A stretch of DNA of 64,000 nt from Phaeosaccion multiseriatum (lineage: Eukaryota > Protista > Ochrophyta, other classes): positions 1,178,001 through 1,242,000 of the forward strand of contig OZ218951.1 in the NCBI GenBank assembly GCA_965112735.1, given 5' to 3'. The notes beneath the pieces were generated by a model that saw only the letters and a program-made list of their open reading frames with translations, ran no database searches and had not been told where the DNA came from. Positions 11,815-26,322 of this stretch are shown here, piece after piece. Numbering within the stretch: position 1 is the stretch's first letter; the number at the start of each line of letters is the position of its first letter. Both the position numbers and the translations under genes were made by a program.

Positions 11815-14800
11815 GCGATAAGGTGTGGGGCTCCATCCGAAGCTCGTTGGAATGTTCCTCTGGTGAGTCATTTGCAACGATGCTGCGGCGTCACGTGCTT
11901 GGTACCAAGTCATCGTCATCTTCACCATCATCGTCGTCCAGCGGGGGGGGGGACGACGCGGGCGCCGCTCAAACGGGCGGCTCAGACAGTCCGTCTCTGG
12001 CGGGGTATCTGTGCGGTGCAGCGTGGTCGGGGCTACCCAGGCATGTTTCAGCAGTGGCGGCGGCTGTTTGCAGCATAGCCAGTAGCCAAGAAGAAGAAGG
12101 AGAAGAGGAGGATGAAGATGATGAAGGAGGAGGAGGAGGTGGTGGTGGTGGTTCACTGGGGGTGACGACAGTAGGAGTAGAGGCAGCCAGACGCCTCATC
12201 GCGGGGTCTCTTTTGGCACCTCTTCGGGACCCAATCAGGGCAGGCGGGGTGCCCAACCTCACCAAGGAGGAAGTCAAGATTTTCAAGACTCCAGCGGGTG
12301 TCTTGTGCAGGAGCGGCAGTGAGTCAGGGGGGGGCAAGGGGGGTAGCAAAGGAGGTAAAGGAGAGAAGGTGGTCAACAAGAACCTTGCAAGGAAGGGCAT
12401 TGACGCCGAGTCCGCGGCATGGGAGGCGAAAGTCCGAATGGAGCTTGACAAAAAGGCCAAGGTGAAGGGTGGGGGGGTGAAAGGGGGGGGTGCTGGGGGT
12501 GGGGGTGGTGGTGGTGGCGCTGGGGAAGGCGCGGGAGGGTCTCTGTCGGCAGAAGAGAAGAAATTACTCACAGAGGAGGCGGAGATTCGAGGCCGCATTG
12601 AGGCGATGAGTAGGGAAGCGAGGGCGTCACTGGCTGTTGTGGTTGGGCCGCTCACGTCCTGCCCCTTGTTGGGACTCAATTTGGGCTTTACACGGGACGT
12701 TTTGGGGCTGTTGGAGCCCCTGCTGGACAACGAGGTACTGCGGTGGCCGTCCTACGAAGGGTGAGAGGAAGAGAGAGAGAGAGAGTTTAGCGAGTTTCTT
12801 ACGTACGTGTGTTTACGTGTGTAGTTACGTACGATTGCCTTTTTCGATCGCACTAAATGTAGGGGCGAGAGAGTTGGAGGAGGGAGAGGAAGAGGGGAGG
12901 AATGTGTTACTATTGTACAGAAACCCGCTTTCCTCCCCAGCATAGACATGCGACGAGACACTCTGTCCCCCTCTCTTGTTGCATGTGTGTGTCCTCTCAA
13001 ACCCTACCCCCCCCCCCTCTCTCTCTCACGACTCCAGCCTCAAGGCGCTTGCGGGCAGCTGCTGTCACGTCCCGGGAGGAGAAGGAGGAGGAGGAGGCCA
13101 GCATCCGCCGGCGGCCGTCATCAGTCCGGAGACGGCCTCCCTCATTGCCCAGGGCCATCTGGCCCTTCGCCTGGCCAAGAGCAGGGGCGCGGCAGCAAGT
13201 AGCCACGCTGTAGTCAAGTGCGTAGAGGGGTTGCTGGATGCCACGTTTCCCTCGGAGTACGGGGAGGAGTTCCCACTGCGCCCGTCCTGCTTTGTTTTGG
13301 TAAGTGGAGGAGAGAGAGGGGAGAAAGGAAGGCCCCTGGGGAGAAGGGGGAGAGGGGAGAGGAATACCTAAAGGGAGGAGAGAGAGAGAGGGAAGAGGAG
13401 GAAGAGGGAAGGTCCGAGCGGGTTTTTTGGCAAGATTTTATCTGTTGCGAAGGCGGGGATGTGCGGGCGTGCGGGCGTGCGAGGACAAAGAGGGGTCGCA
13501 CGAACTTGGTCTCCTGCTGCCTTGTCCTCTGACTTGTCTTGCTCTACTCCTCTGGCACTCGTTTTGCTGTGCAGTGCACCTTTGTAGACGTTCTTACACC
13601 CAGTCAATCAATCAGTCAATCAATGCCGCTCAAATACCGTGACCCCACTTCCCGACACTCCTTACCCCTCTGTCCTGACACTCCTCACCCTTCTGTCCTG
13701 ACACTCCTTGCCCCTCTGTCCTGACAACCCCCCCTCCCCCAAACAGGCGTTCCCCATCATCATGGTGTCGCTGGAGGCCGCGGAGAGCAGGACTCTTTGC
13801 GAGCCAGCGCTCAAGCTTGTCTCCGCCAATGTAGATACCTCATCTGTGCCCTTCCTGCTCCCGGCCCTTTTGGCGGGGGTGCTGAGAGCGTTGGCAAAGT
13901 TCGAGCATGTAGAGCCTGCTCCGGATGTGGTGCTGGCGAACCTCTGTACGGGAGTAGCGGAAGGAGGAGGAGGGGGAGGAGGGGGAGGGGCAGAAGAGGG
14001 CCAGCCGGGGGTGAGGTTTGGGCAGGAGGAGTGGACCCTTCTTTGCGGAGATGAAGGGCTCCTCAGTGCGGACGCCAACGTGCGGCAGGCGGTACTTCAA
14101 GCGCTCATGATGATGCTACTGGAACAAGGAGGAGGAGGAGGAGAGAGTGAGGAGGGGGAGGGAGACGGGGTCTGGGGTTGTGCTCTACCTGCCCAAGTCA
14201 AGCTTGACTTGGAGTCCCGGTTATGGCAGGCCAGATTCGACTCCGACGAGGAAGCGAATGAGCTGGCCAGATCGGTTTGGGAGTCCATGGGGTGGGACGA
14301 ACGCTTGGGCCCAAGTGCTACTGCTGCGGCCGCCGCTGGAGGAGGCGATGGAGCCTTCGCGGAGCCTTTGCTGCAGCTGCTGAAGCATCCTGTTGCTACT
14401 GTGCGTGGGGCATCAGCCAAGGGCATTGCAGCGGCATTGCAGGAGCAACCGGACCACGCCTCGTCCGTGCTTGACGCGCTTGTGAAGATGTACGCCGACC
14501 ACAAACCACCCCCACCCAAGAAGAAGGCAGCAGCAGCAGCAGGAGGAGGAGGAGGAGGCAAGAAGGGGGCAGTTGCGATGGGAGACATGAGTATGGACGA
14601 GTTTTTCGCAGCCCCGGTGGGGAAAGAAGACCAGAGCGATGGGAAGGAAAGCGAAGTGCTCATGAAACGAACCGTTCGAGACGGAGTGGCGGCTACTGTC
14701 GAGGCAATGGGGGAGGCGCGGGCCGTGGCCAGGGGCGCAGAGTTGGATGCCATGTTCACCTTTGTGACTCAGGAGGGTCTGACGGACACGGATGACAAGG

Positions 14801-17800
14801 TTCGAGCGCACATGCTTCGGGGCGGGGCGGTCATGATCGAGGCCTACTGCGCATCATCACAGGATGGCGACGGCGATGACGACGAAGATGGAGGCGTGCA
14901 AGGCGGGCGCTTTCTGGACACGTGCGAGGCTATTGTGGCGACCAAGAAGGGAGGAGGAGGAGGAGGAGAAGAAGAGATGCGTGCTATGGATTGGCGACGG
15001 GAGGGCGTGGTGGTGCTGATGGGGGGTGCGGCCAAGCACCTGAGCTCGTCTTCAGGGGACTCGGCCGCTGAGTCCAAGCGGATCGTGTCCATCGCAAACA
15101 CACTCATTCTGGCACTGTCCACACCGTCCGAGGCGGTGCAGAGGGCCGTGGCTGACTGCCTGGCACCACTCGTCAAGCAGGCACCAGCAGTAAAGGCGGA
15201 GGGGCCTGCCATTCTCAAGAAGCTGCTGTTGCAGTGCGTGTCGGGAGAGAAGTACGGAGATCGAGTAGGGGCCGCATTTGGGGTGGCGGCTGTGGTCAAG
15301 GGCATGGGTTTGGCGGTGCTCAAGAGGGAAGGCGTCATCACCACCCTCGAAGCGGCATGCAACAGTGGTGGGCGTGGGGGCGACTTTAAGGCCAAGGAGG
15401 GGGCGCTGCTGGCCTTCGCCTGCATGTGTGAACGATTAGGGCTGCTCTTTGAACCCTACGTGATTGTCATCTTGCCCATCTTGCTCAAGAGCTTCAGCGA
15501 CCCTTCGGACAAGGTGCGCGCGGCGGCGAATGACTGTGCGAGGGCCATTATGAGCAATCTCTCTGCCCACGGTGTCAAGCTTGTCTTGCCCGAAATTCTC
15601 AAGTCGTTGGGGGACAATGCGTGGCGCACCAAGCAGGCCGCGATTCAGCTCCTCGGCTCCATGGCGTTTTGTGCCCCTCGGCAGCTGGCGGCGTGCCTGC
15701 CTCAGACGGTGCCTGCGCTCACCGAGGCCTTTGGAGACACCCACCCGAAAGTACGTGAGAGCGGCAAGAAGGCTTTGGAAGACATTGGCAGCGTGATTCG
15801 CAACCCTGAGGTTGCTCGGCTGTCCATGACACTCATGGCGGCTTTGTCGGACCCTGCCAAGCACACAGTGAGTGCGCTCGAGGCCTTGCTCAACACGGAG
15901 TTTATGCACTCCATCGATGCACCTTCCCTGGCGCTGCTCGTGCCGGTGCTGCAGAGGGGCTTGAAGGATCGCAGCGCGGACGCCAAGCGCAAGGCCGCAC
16001 TAATCACGGGCAACATGTGCGGAATGATCTCCTCGCCCAAAGACCTCTACCCGTATCTGCCTGCCATCCTGCCCGGTCTCAAGGCCACTGTACTTGACCC
16101 CATCCCGGATGTGCGTGCGACGGCCTCCAAGGCGCTGGGGGCTCTCGTCAAGGGCATCGGCTCAGGGGCAGGTGGGAGTGGTGGAAGTGGAGCTGCGGCG
16201 AGTGGAGCAGCTAATGCCGCGGTCTTGCAAATGGAGGAGCTGCCGGCGTGGCTCGTTGTGACGCTCAAGAGCGTGGACATATCTTCCAGTGAGCGGAGCG
16301 GTGCTGCCCAGGGCTTGTCGGAGGTGCTCGTGGCGCGTGGCCCGGAGGAGGCTCGCACAACGCTCGCCTCGCTGCTTCCCATGGCGTCACACCCCAAGGC
16401 GGCGGTGAGGGAGGGTGTGATGCACGTGCTTACCTTCCTCCCCACGGCGCTGGGGAGAGACTTTTCCAAGTGTATCAGCGATGTACTGCCCACCATCTTG
16501 GCGGGTTTGGCCGATAATGTGGATACGGTGAGAGAGGTGGCGATGCGGTCGGGGCAAGTGTTGATCAAGTCGCACGGCAAGGGCCACTCGGGAGACATTC
16601 TGCCCTCGTTGGAGGAGGGCTTGCAGGATGAAAATTGGCGCATCCGACAGAGCTCTGTGCAGCTGCTGGGGGACCTTCTCTACCTGCTGGGCAACACCAA
16701 GCAAGTCTCCCTCGAGGAAGGGCCGGGGGAGGAGGACGATGCCAGAGGAAGCAACCGGGCGGCGACGCTGGTGGAGGCAGCGCTGGGACCAGAGAAGCGC
16801 AATTCTACGATGGCCAAGCTGTATTTTATGCGTTCAGACACCAGCTCTGTGGTCAGACAGAGTGCGTTGCAGGTGTGGAAGACAATCGTGCCCAACACAC
16901 CGGCCCTGCTGCGTGAGGTCATGCCGGTGCTGATTGACTTGATCGTCACCTGCCTGGCTGGCGGCTCTGTCGATCAGACCATCGTAGCCGGGCGGGCCTT
17001 GGGGGACATTGTCACCAAACTGGGAGACCATGTGTTGCCAGAAGTGGTGCCCTTCTTGCGTAAGGGGTTGGCGACGGGCGATGAGCGAACGCGACAGGGT
17101 GTGTGCATTGGTTTGGCAGAGGTGATGGAGTGTGCGACCAAGCGCCAAGTGGAGCAGTTCCTCGACACGCTGGTGCCTGCCGTGCAAGAAGCACTCTGCG
17201 ACCCGTCCGCGTCGGTCCGCGAACAGTCCGCAAAGGCGTTTCAGACGCTGTACAGGCAAGTGGGGGCCGCTGCGGTACAAGAGGTGGTGCCTGACCTTCT
17301 TGCACAGCTCGCGAGAGAGGGTGCCGATGAGGAAGCCGTGGACGTGCGTGCAAGGGCGGTGTTCGGGCTGAAGGAGGTGCTGCAGCTTCGCTCGAAAGAG
17401 CTGCTCCCTCTGCTTGTGCCCAAGCTCATTGCTCGTCCCATTACCACCTCGCATGCCCATGCTCTGGGGGCGGTGGCCGAGGTGACGGGGGGAACGATTC
17501 ATATGCATCTCAACATCATCCTACCGCCTCTGTTTGAGGAGCTGGCAGCCGTGCAGCAAGAGGTGGAGGCAGGCGGGGACTCTGTTCGAGCAGAGGCGGT
17601 GCAGGCGTGTGCCATTGCTCTGGCGTCTTCCATCGAGACGGTGGGTGTGAATTGGCTCTGCACGGGCATTGCCGAACACATGCACTCCACCCAACCCGCC
17701 ATTCGGAGGAGTGCTGCCTGGATGCTGGGCTGCTTTGCGAAGGGCACCTCCGCCGACTTTGGGCCTCAGATACCCATGCTGCTCAAGGAGATGCTCTCTC

Positions 17801-18318
17801 TCTTGGCCGACAGAGATACCGCCGTATTGAAGGCCAACTGGACAGCCTACAAGACCTTCAACGAGCGAGTGCCCCCGGAGGCGCTGGTGACGCACCTCAC
17901 CTTTTGCCGCAACATTATTGCCAGCATGGTGAGCGATGCCAAGCACCGCAAGGGAGGGGTGGGGACGGAGGAAGGCGCCGTCATCCTCCCCGGTCTCAAC
18001 ATCCCCAAGGGTATGGAACCTCTCCTGCCCATGTTCCAACACGGCCTCATGCACGGCTCTAGCGAGCTGCGAGAGGCAGCCGCCACGGGCATCGGCGAAC
18101 TTGTGCAGCAGACAGAGCCCAAGATGCTGCAGCCCTTCATCATGAAGATTACAGGCCCCTTGATCCGCATCGTGGGGGACCGAGCCTTCCCCCCCGGGGT
18201 GAAGGCGGCTGTGCTCAACACACTGGGCTTGCTGCTGCGTAAGGGAGGAGTGCTTCTCAAGCCCTTTGTGCCGCAGCTGCAGCCCACTTTCGTAAAGGCC
18301 CTCGCGGACCCGGTCAAG

Positions 18319-18368
<50 letters not shown>

Positions 18369-20622
18369 ACGTGTTACGTGCGCTTTTGTTTGTGTCCTTG
18401 TCTCTCTTCGCTGCGCCTGGTGGATTGACAGTTTCAAACGTCTGATTGATTGTTGACCCGTTCCTTCGGCTTCTTCGTCCTCTGTGTGTGTTTTGTGTCC
18501 GCACGCTTTCGCTCTCCGCAGGTGGTGCGAGCCCGCGGCAGCGAAGCCCTCCTGTCCCTCATGAGTCTAAGCACTCGTGTGGACCCGTTGGTGGTGGAGC
18601 TTGCCAACAACGCTGCCAAGTCCGTCAACAACCCAGGTGAGGGGTGAGGGGTGAGGGATGAGGGGTGAGGGGTGAGGGGTGAGGGTACCCTTTTCGACTG
18701 AGACTGGAATTGAGTCTGAACCCAGGCGAAACAGACTGGACAAATACAAACTTCCTCTTTCTTTGTTTTATAATGAAGTACCTGTTCTGTGTGGGTTGGC
18801 CGCGTTTCATCTGTTCCATTCCATTCCCCCCCCCAGCAAGCCCCCGCCTCACTCAATCCACACTCTACTTTCTCCCTCCTCCTTCCCCCTCTCCTTCGGC
18901 CCCGACGATGACGCACACGCACACGCACCCTTCAGACGCGGTGGACGGAGTGGGTGTGAGTCTGACAATGCTCGAGGCCCTAAGGGGGGTGCTGCGGTCC
19001 CCCGCAGGCAGCAAGGTCACTGCCACTGCCCTCTCCACTGCCGCCAAGGCCTCCCTCCTGCCTCTGCTGGCGGACCAACACGCGGAGGTCCGAGAGGCTG
19101 CCGCCATTTGTATGGGGCTTTGTATGGGGCTGCTGCGTCCCCGTGAGGACGCGGAGTCCTTCGTCAAGAGCCACTTGATGCAGCGTAGCAGCACCGCTCC
19201 CAGCACGGATTGGGCCGAGCATCACGGCACTTGTCTGGCCAGAGCGGCCGTCTGCAGGTGCCGTACCTTGTGTTTGTGTATTAAGTGCGTTCCTGTTTTT
19301 GTGTGTGTTTCAGGTTGAGTTTGTTGACCGACGAGAAGCAGTTATCGACCACATCGACCATCTATCGAATGTGGCGTGCGTTGGTGCTCGCATTGCGCTT
19401 CCTCCCTCCCTTTTTCCTTATACCGTACACTTATATACCTATTATGTACCTTATACCTCATACCGCATGCCCAATACCCCTTATCTCATACCCTATACCC
19501 TGCACAGATACGCCGTGGAGGTGGCGAGCAGTCCCGGACTGTTCCCCGAGATGCTCGAGTCAGGCTTGGAAGACGCCAAAGGAGGGGAAGAGGAGCAGGA
19601 TAGACAGTTCAAAGCAGCGGCTGCTCAGGTGCTGAGCATGGCTCTGTTTGCAGCCATGAAGAGCGGCAAGGAGGCGGAGGTGAAGAACAGTCTTCCTAAG
19701 GTGCGCGGGGGGGGGGGAGGAGGTAGGGGTGAGGGTGGTGGTGGAGGAGGAGGAGGGGGAGCAACAGCAGCAGGAGGAGGAGGAGGGGGAGGAGGAGAAG
19801 GAGGAGGGGATGAGGAGAAGGAGGAGGAGGAGGAGGAGGAGGAGAGGGAAGGAGGAGGAGGAGGAGGAGGAGGAGGAGGAGGAGGAGGAGGAGAGGGAAG
19901 GAGGAGGAGGAGGAGGAGGAGGAGGAGGAGGAGGAGGAGAGGGAAGGAGGAGAGGATGATGATGATGATGATGCTTTGGGAGTCTTTCACGGGCACCCAC
20001 CCCCATCCACTGCCATCCAGCGTGGGTATTCTTAGACCCACTCCCCCCCCCCCCCCTCAGCCCATTTCTTTCTTTCTACTCTGAACTTACCCAGAGCAGC
20101 GCCTGGGCCTCTCTCCTGTCGTCCTTACTGACTCCCCACCCCTCCCCTGCCCCATGCACTGACCCAAAACCACACCTCCCCAACAACACCCAACAAACAC
20201 CACCCCCCAAACAACACCACCCGAACACGCTAAATCAGGTGAGCGCTGCCCTTGCGGCGATGGCAACAGACGACGACGGAGAGGTGCGCACTTCCGTAGC
20301 AAGGGGCGTCAAGGACCTCTGCAAGCTCGACCCCCTCGCCATGAAGCCCGGCCTGGTGACCCTCCTGCCCCCTCTGATGGCGGGCTGTAAGAGTGACCTT
20401 ATGTCAGTGAGGAAGGCGTGTGAACGATCGCTATTTTATGCGCTGGAGGTGTCTGCTGGAAAGCCTCGCTCGGATGCCGCACTGGAAGAGTTTGCGGCGG
20501 CGGCGGTGGCGGCGGGAGAGCCCGGGGTGGGGAGAGCTGCGAAGGATGTGGCAAGAAAGGTACTGTCCAAACAAGTTGGCGTGGGGGGCGGCAACCGCAG
20601 TGAGGACGAAGAGGGTTTTTGA
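8713..20622 (+). CDS. GCN1: eIF2-alpha kinase activator GCN1 (HEAT repeats), about 8 exons
   Basis: Exons at about 8713-10718, 10987-12760, 13038-13299, 13747-18318, 18522-18636, 18936-19257, 19509-19700 and 20239-20622. Diagnostic segments: LSTPSEAVQRAVADCLAPL, LFEPYVIVILPILL, LSAHGVKLVLP, WRTKQAAIQLLGSMAFCAPRQL, HSIDAPSLALLVP, NWRIRQSSVQLLGDLL, ITGPLIRIVGDR, LKPFVPQLQPTFVKAL. The start codon is uncertain (alternative at 8659). Confidence 0.95.
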
Positions 20623-20897
20623 GTGAGGGTTTTTGAGCGGTTGGGGGGGAGTGAGACCAAGACGAAACAAGCAAGCGCACCAGAGGGATGGGGCGATGGG
20701 TGGTGAGGAGGGAGGGGGCGTAGAGTTGGGGTGGGTGGGTGGTATGCTGCTTGCTGTCTTTTCGAGGACTTGTGGGGAGGAGGGACGTTGGAAGCAGTCT
20801 CTGGCAGTGCTTGTGTTCCTTTTCGGGACTGCTTTTTTAGCGGAATTAGAGTTGGCCATCCTTGCCCGGCGAGCCTGAGAGAGGAGGAAGGAGTACG

Positions 20898-20946
<49 letters not shown>

Positions 20947-21552
20947 TGAAGAGGGAAGGGGAGGGGAGAAACGGGAAGAACTGTGAGCTCTCGATTTCTC
21001 TCTCTCTCTCTTGTGCCTCTCTCGAATCAATGCATATTTAGAAGACAAAAGAATGCCTTCTTAGGCCTCAGGACAGTTGCAAAGCCAGCACTATCCGACG
21101 TGGTTTTTAACAGTGCATTAGCGTCAAAATTAGATCTCTCCTCTCTCCCCCTTCCGGCTCTAGTACTTTCTAACTAAATTAAATACGTAAGATTATATAT
21201 GTATTTATATCATTCGAATCCTCATCCTCCACCTTCTCTCTTGTCCGCCTCGGATACACGTGTTTATACATGGGAGTAAGTGTGGTGCTCATCCCTCACC
21301 CGCTTCTTCTCTGATCAACCATCGACTGCCATCTACCATCTACCGAGCTGGCCGCAGCTATTACACCGCAGGTAGCCCAGAGAGAGCCTTTCCGCGGTTC
21401 CTCGCCCTCGGGGAACGCTTTTACACCTTCCTTTCGATTCCTTCATCTTCACACCGCCAGGAGGCGCCAGGCTTCGCTCCCCGACGCGTGTGTGTGTGTG
21501 TGTGTGTGTGTGCGGCTGGTGGGGTAAGTCAGCGGTGATAGAGATGCTTCAC

Positions 21553-22611
21553 TCACTTGTCCGCTCCCCGACTCCCCCAGGGGTCCTCCATACTCGCTTC
21601 GTCTCCCCCGAACCCCCCCTCTCCGCCTTCGCCTCCGCCATACCGCTCCTGCCCCCCTTGGAAGTCTCCCGCTTGTCCTCCCCACTGACCCCCTCCCCCT
21701 CGGCCTTGTCCCGTCTCCCAGCCAGAGGCGGAGCCGCCACCACCGCTGCTACCGTCGTCGTCATCATCACCATCGTCTCCTCTCAGCTGCTGCCGGAGCC
21801 CTCCCCTCTCCCTCCGCTCGGCACACGCGGAGAGGAAGCGAGCGAGCAGCGGTGAGGTGTAGAGCCGCTTCGCACACGTCGGGTTGGCCATGCACGGCTC
21901 CAGCTCCAGGAGCAGGGAACAGCTTTCCTCCCCCAACTTGCCGTCGGGGACGTGCACAAGCTTGAGTATGTCATCGACGTTTCTAAAGGCTGCTATAGAG
22001 GTGCCGAAGACGCTGCCGAAAGTGCACTTGATGAGGGTGGGGAACTGTGGGCACGGCAACGGAGGGGGGGGGGGGAGGGAAGGAGGTGGTTCGGGTTAGG
22101 TGGAGGGGGAGGGAGGGTATGAATAGGACCCTCAGCTAACCCTAGCTTCACCCCCTGAAGAGAGAAGTAATCTTTGGCTTTCGGTGCGGTCAGAACGTGC
22201 TTACCACGCCAGGTGGCGGCCAAGTGTATCGGTTCCGGACGCGGATGAAGGTAAACACCCCGAGAGCGCCCAGAGCTGCCCCCATGAAGATGTTCTGACG
22301 CATCGTATTCAGGATAGCCTGGAGACAGGAAGAGGGACAGCATCCGGGATTAAACAAATGTACTCTTCCCAATGAGCCAGCCGCCCCCCTTTGTGCGCGA
22401 AGGCCTCTAAAGCACGAGTGATGCTGTCTTCCTTCCTTCCATTTCTCCCTGTCTTTCTATTCATTCTCACCTTTTCTTCATCCTTCACCTTGATCGCGGT
22501 CGCTGGATTTTTGTTCTGTCTTACAAACTGATCCATTCTCATATCGATCCTTCCCATGCATCTCTTCATAATCCTAGCCGCCTCCCTATTCTCGTCATCA
22601 CTGCTGCTCAT
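21553..22611 (-). CDS. Hypothetical protein with 1-2 hydrophobic segments and a Gly-rich acidic tail, 3 exons
   Basis: Exons at about 22611-22471 (..KVKDEEK|GTGAGA), 22318-22205 (AILNTMRQNIFMGAALGALGVFTF..|GTAAGC) and 22045-21553 (FPTLIKCTFGSVFGTSIAAF..) join in frame at canonical sites. No family recognised. Confidence 0.55.
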
Positions 22612-22930
22612 GACACTGTGGATGGATATGATTGAAGAGTGAAGTCAGATAGCGAAGTGAAGGGAAGGAAGAGGGGATGGCAGTCGACGGAAGTCAACCA
22701 CCAAGCAAACTGGAAAAGAGACAAGTTAAAAAGTCGAGTCTTACCGCGTCCCCTCAGATCCCTTTCGATGCCAGTCTGGTCTTGTCTCTTTGCGTCGAGA
22801 AAGCCAGAGTCGAGAAAGCAGCTAGAATAGACAGGCAGGGGGAGGAAGGAAGGAGAGGGGAGGAGAGATGGTTCGCCACGACCGCGGATGCAGCTGCTGC
22901 GCATGTGGGCAAACGGGAAGGGAATCTACT

Positions 22931-25400
22931 ATGCCCTTCTTTCTCCGCGTACTGCTAGGCTTTTTGCCACTGCTGGTGATGCTGGGGTCGGCAGCGGCCC
23001 AAGGATTAATCGAAGTAGAAGTCAGCCATAGCTTTGGACTGCGAGGAGAGGTGAGAGAGAGCACGAGAGGTTGATGGGAGGGAGGGGTGAGAGCGCAAGA
23101 GATTGACTGATGGGATGGGAAAGCGCAGGGAGGAGATGGATAGCAAGAACATCGGCTTGTGGAGATGGGGAGTAAGCGCGTTGTTCGTTGTCGTGGTGTT
23201 GTTGTGGTTGTTGTTGTTGCTCCTCTCTCTCTTCATAACTAACCTCCACATGTTGTTCCTTGGTGTTCTCTGCTTTGAAGCCGTCCTCGCGAGGGCAACT
23301 GGTGATTGATTTAGGCCAGCACGGCAACATGGGATCCGCGTCGGCGTTTTTCACGGCCCCGTTCGAGCTCAGTGCCCAAGAAGCAGCCGACTTTCAGGTA
23401 CAGCAGTGGATGCAACAGTATGTGCACAGTGTGTGCACAGTGTATTCACAGTAAGCTCGAGATCATGTCGTGTGCCGGTCATGTTCGTCTGTAATCGAAT
23501 GGCCCATGAGCGAGCGAGCGAGTGGTGGCATGTCATCAGCCAATCAGCATCACTCATCAGTCAGGCCGACGATGATAACGCGTTTTTCTCTGCTGTACTC
23601 CCCCTCTCTGTGCCCCGTCCCTCTTTCTCCCTCTCCGTCTCTGTCACCCTCCTCTCTCTGACGGAGCTCAGGCGCTGGTGGAGGCGGATGGATTGTACCG
23701 CATCAGCATCCCGGCGTCCACCGGAGCCAGCATGCGAGGAGGGGGCAGTGGTGTAGACGGAGAGGGGGGGGGTGGTGATACGGGACCGGTGATCATGAGC
23801 AGCATTCGGGCCTGTGAGCTGCGCAAATCGGGCTTCAAAGACGACATTTCAATACATCTTGACGACGAGGGCTTTATCGTGGGGTGAGTGAGTGAGTGAG
23901 GAGCGGAAGAATCATGTGTAGGAGGAGGAGGAGGAAGAGGACTGCAGTGTGTGCGTGCGTGCACTCATGCGCATGTATGTGCACGAATGACCTCCTGGAG
24001 GGGCTCTTAGAGGGGCGTGTTGGGACTCCGAAACTTTCAGAGGACTTTCCTCTCTCCTTCTCTTTCCTGCGTCTCTTGTGATGAGCTGCGGTGCGCGTGC
24101 TTGCGGTGCGCTTGCTGCTGTCGCATCTTGGGTGGTCCCTTGGAGGACAAGCTTCTTCCCTGGCACGCTTCTTGGCTTGGCCCTGACCCATCCCTACTGT
24201 CTGCCCCTTCTACTCCTCCTCCTCCTCCTCCCTCTCATCTTCCTCCTCCTCCTCCTCCTCCTCCTCCTCCTCCTCCCTCTCATCTTCCTCCTCCTCCTCC
24301 TCCTCCTCCTCCTCCTCCTGCTCCTCCTGCTCCTCCTCCTCCTCCTCCTCCTCCTCCTTCTCCTCCTCCTCCTCCTCCTCCTCCTCCTCTTCCTCCTCCT
24401 CCTCCTCCTCCTCCCCCTCCTCCCCCTCCCCCTCCTCCTCCCTCTCCTCCCCCCTTCCAGAGTCGACTACAAGGCTGCTGTGGGTCCACTGGCAGCCACG
24501 AGGGACTGCAAAAAGTTGGGTCCCCCCCCCAACGACACCACTTTCCAAAGCACCATCCGAGTGGTCCGCCCCATGGCCGCTCACGCCATCAACACGCTGG
24601 TCATGGCCGCACATCCCCCTCCCGGCCTCGCTGGGGTTAAGGGCCTCACGGTAAGAGAAGTCACGGTGTTGTCACGGTGTTGTCACGGTGTTGTCACGGT
24701 GTTGTGTGTGTGTGTGTTTGTGTGTGAGTGTGTGTGTGTGGAGAGTCTCTGCACAGGTGAATTGGGTTGCCCTGTATTCCGCCCCCCTCCCATTGTATAC
24801 ACTACCACTGCACTCCCTCCTATGTTCCCAAAACCGACCATATCATTTTGCTGCTGTTCCTTTCCCTCTCCCTCCCTTCCTCCCTCTCTCTCACCCCCCC
24901 CCCCCCCCCCCCCCCCCCCTCTCTCTCTCCCATGTGTGTGACAGCCGGAAAAGGACAAGGCAGCAAAGCAGGCGGAGAAGAGCTTCTTGGGCAAATACGT
25001 AAGATCTGGATGGCAGTGGATGGCAGTGGATTGCTTTCTCTCCTCTTGTCCCATGAAACATGTCCCTCCCTCCCTCCGTCCCTCCCTCCGTCCCTCCCTC
25101 CCTCAATCTTCCTTTGGACTCCTCCTTCCCCCCACCTTTCTTTGTCTCTCACTTCGTTGTCCCTACTCTGTCCGCCCCTCCTTCCCCCCTCCCTTCTTTC
25201 CCACCCTCCCTTCCAATACACACGTCACCATCCCGTGCACTCACTCATGACGATGATGGAATGATGCCCGATTGAAGTGGATGTACATCTTGCCCGTGGC
25301 CATTATCATGATGACGTCAGGAGGTCCGCCGCCGGAGGGAGGAGCAGCAGGGGCCGCGGGAGGGGCGAGCGGAGGAGGAGGGGGAGGGGGAGGGCGATAG
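22931..25400 (+). CDS. EMC10: ER membrane protein complex subunit 10, about 6 exons
   Basis: Signal peptide, VSHSFG, RGQL, GLYRI, SSIRACEL..SGFKDDISIHLD..G...GVDY, and a C-terminal EKSFLGKY|WMYILPVAIIMM transmembrane motif characteristic of EMC10. Confidence 0.88.
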
Positions 25401-25764
25401 AGAGTGAAGGCTCCTTCACGAAAAGTAAAGGAGCGCACCGGCACAAAACTCGCCTTGGATTAATAAATAAAAATAAAGACTAAACACATTCTCGCTTTGG
25501 CGAGTGAGTAGTGAGGGAGGGGACAATACAAAGTCAGGCCCCTCTAAGCAGCAATGCCCAGCCCCTCTCTGCCCCTCTCTGCTGCTGCGTGGCTGTGAAG
25601 TGCTGGCACCGCTTTATTGAGCTCTCCGTCGCCCCCCCCCCCCCCTCTTCCGTGTGTAGATGCGAAGGCATCCCGCCACCCGTCATGGCATGTGTGCCAC
25701 ACACCCCGGAAAAGTGTGTACAATCAGTAGTTGACAGCAGCAAGTGAGTGAGTGCGTGCGTGCC

Positions 25765-26274
25765 TCATCTTTGGAAGCCCCCCATGCCGCCCATACCGCC
25801 CATGCCACCCATGCCTCCCATGCCCATCGAATTGGGTTGGGCAGTGGCGTATCCTCCCATCATGCCTCCTCCTCCCTGCGGCTGCTGCTGCATCATCCCC
25901 GCCTGTTGCATGGGCATCATGCCCGGCTGCTGCGGCTGCTGCTGCTGCATCGGCATCATGCCCGGCTGCTGCGGGGCCGCCATGCCGCCACCATAGCCTG
26001 CTGTTGCGAATTGCTGTGGCGGGGGAGGCATTCCTCCGTACCCCATTCCCCCCATGCCCCCCATGCCCGCATTAGATTGCATCATCATCATCATCTGTTG
26101 CTGCTGCTGCTGCATCATCAGCTGCTGCGGAGTCGGCCCCATCTGCCAAGGCGGGGTGGGTGGATGGGTGGGTGGGTGGGGTCGAGGGGCGGGGGGCGGG
26201 GGGAGAGGGGGTGAGCGTGATCAGGAGATGAGGATCGAATTTTCAAGGCTCAGGCACAGAAGCCTCGATGGCAG

Positions 26275-26322
<48 letters not shown>

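Noticed and set aside
18637-18684. (GGGGTGA)n as a telomeric repeat
   Set aside because: It is a short intronic tract in GCN1, and there is no evidence of a chromosome end.
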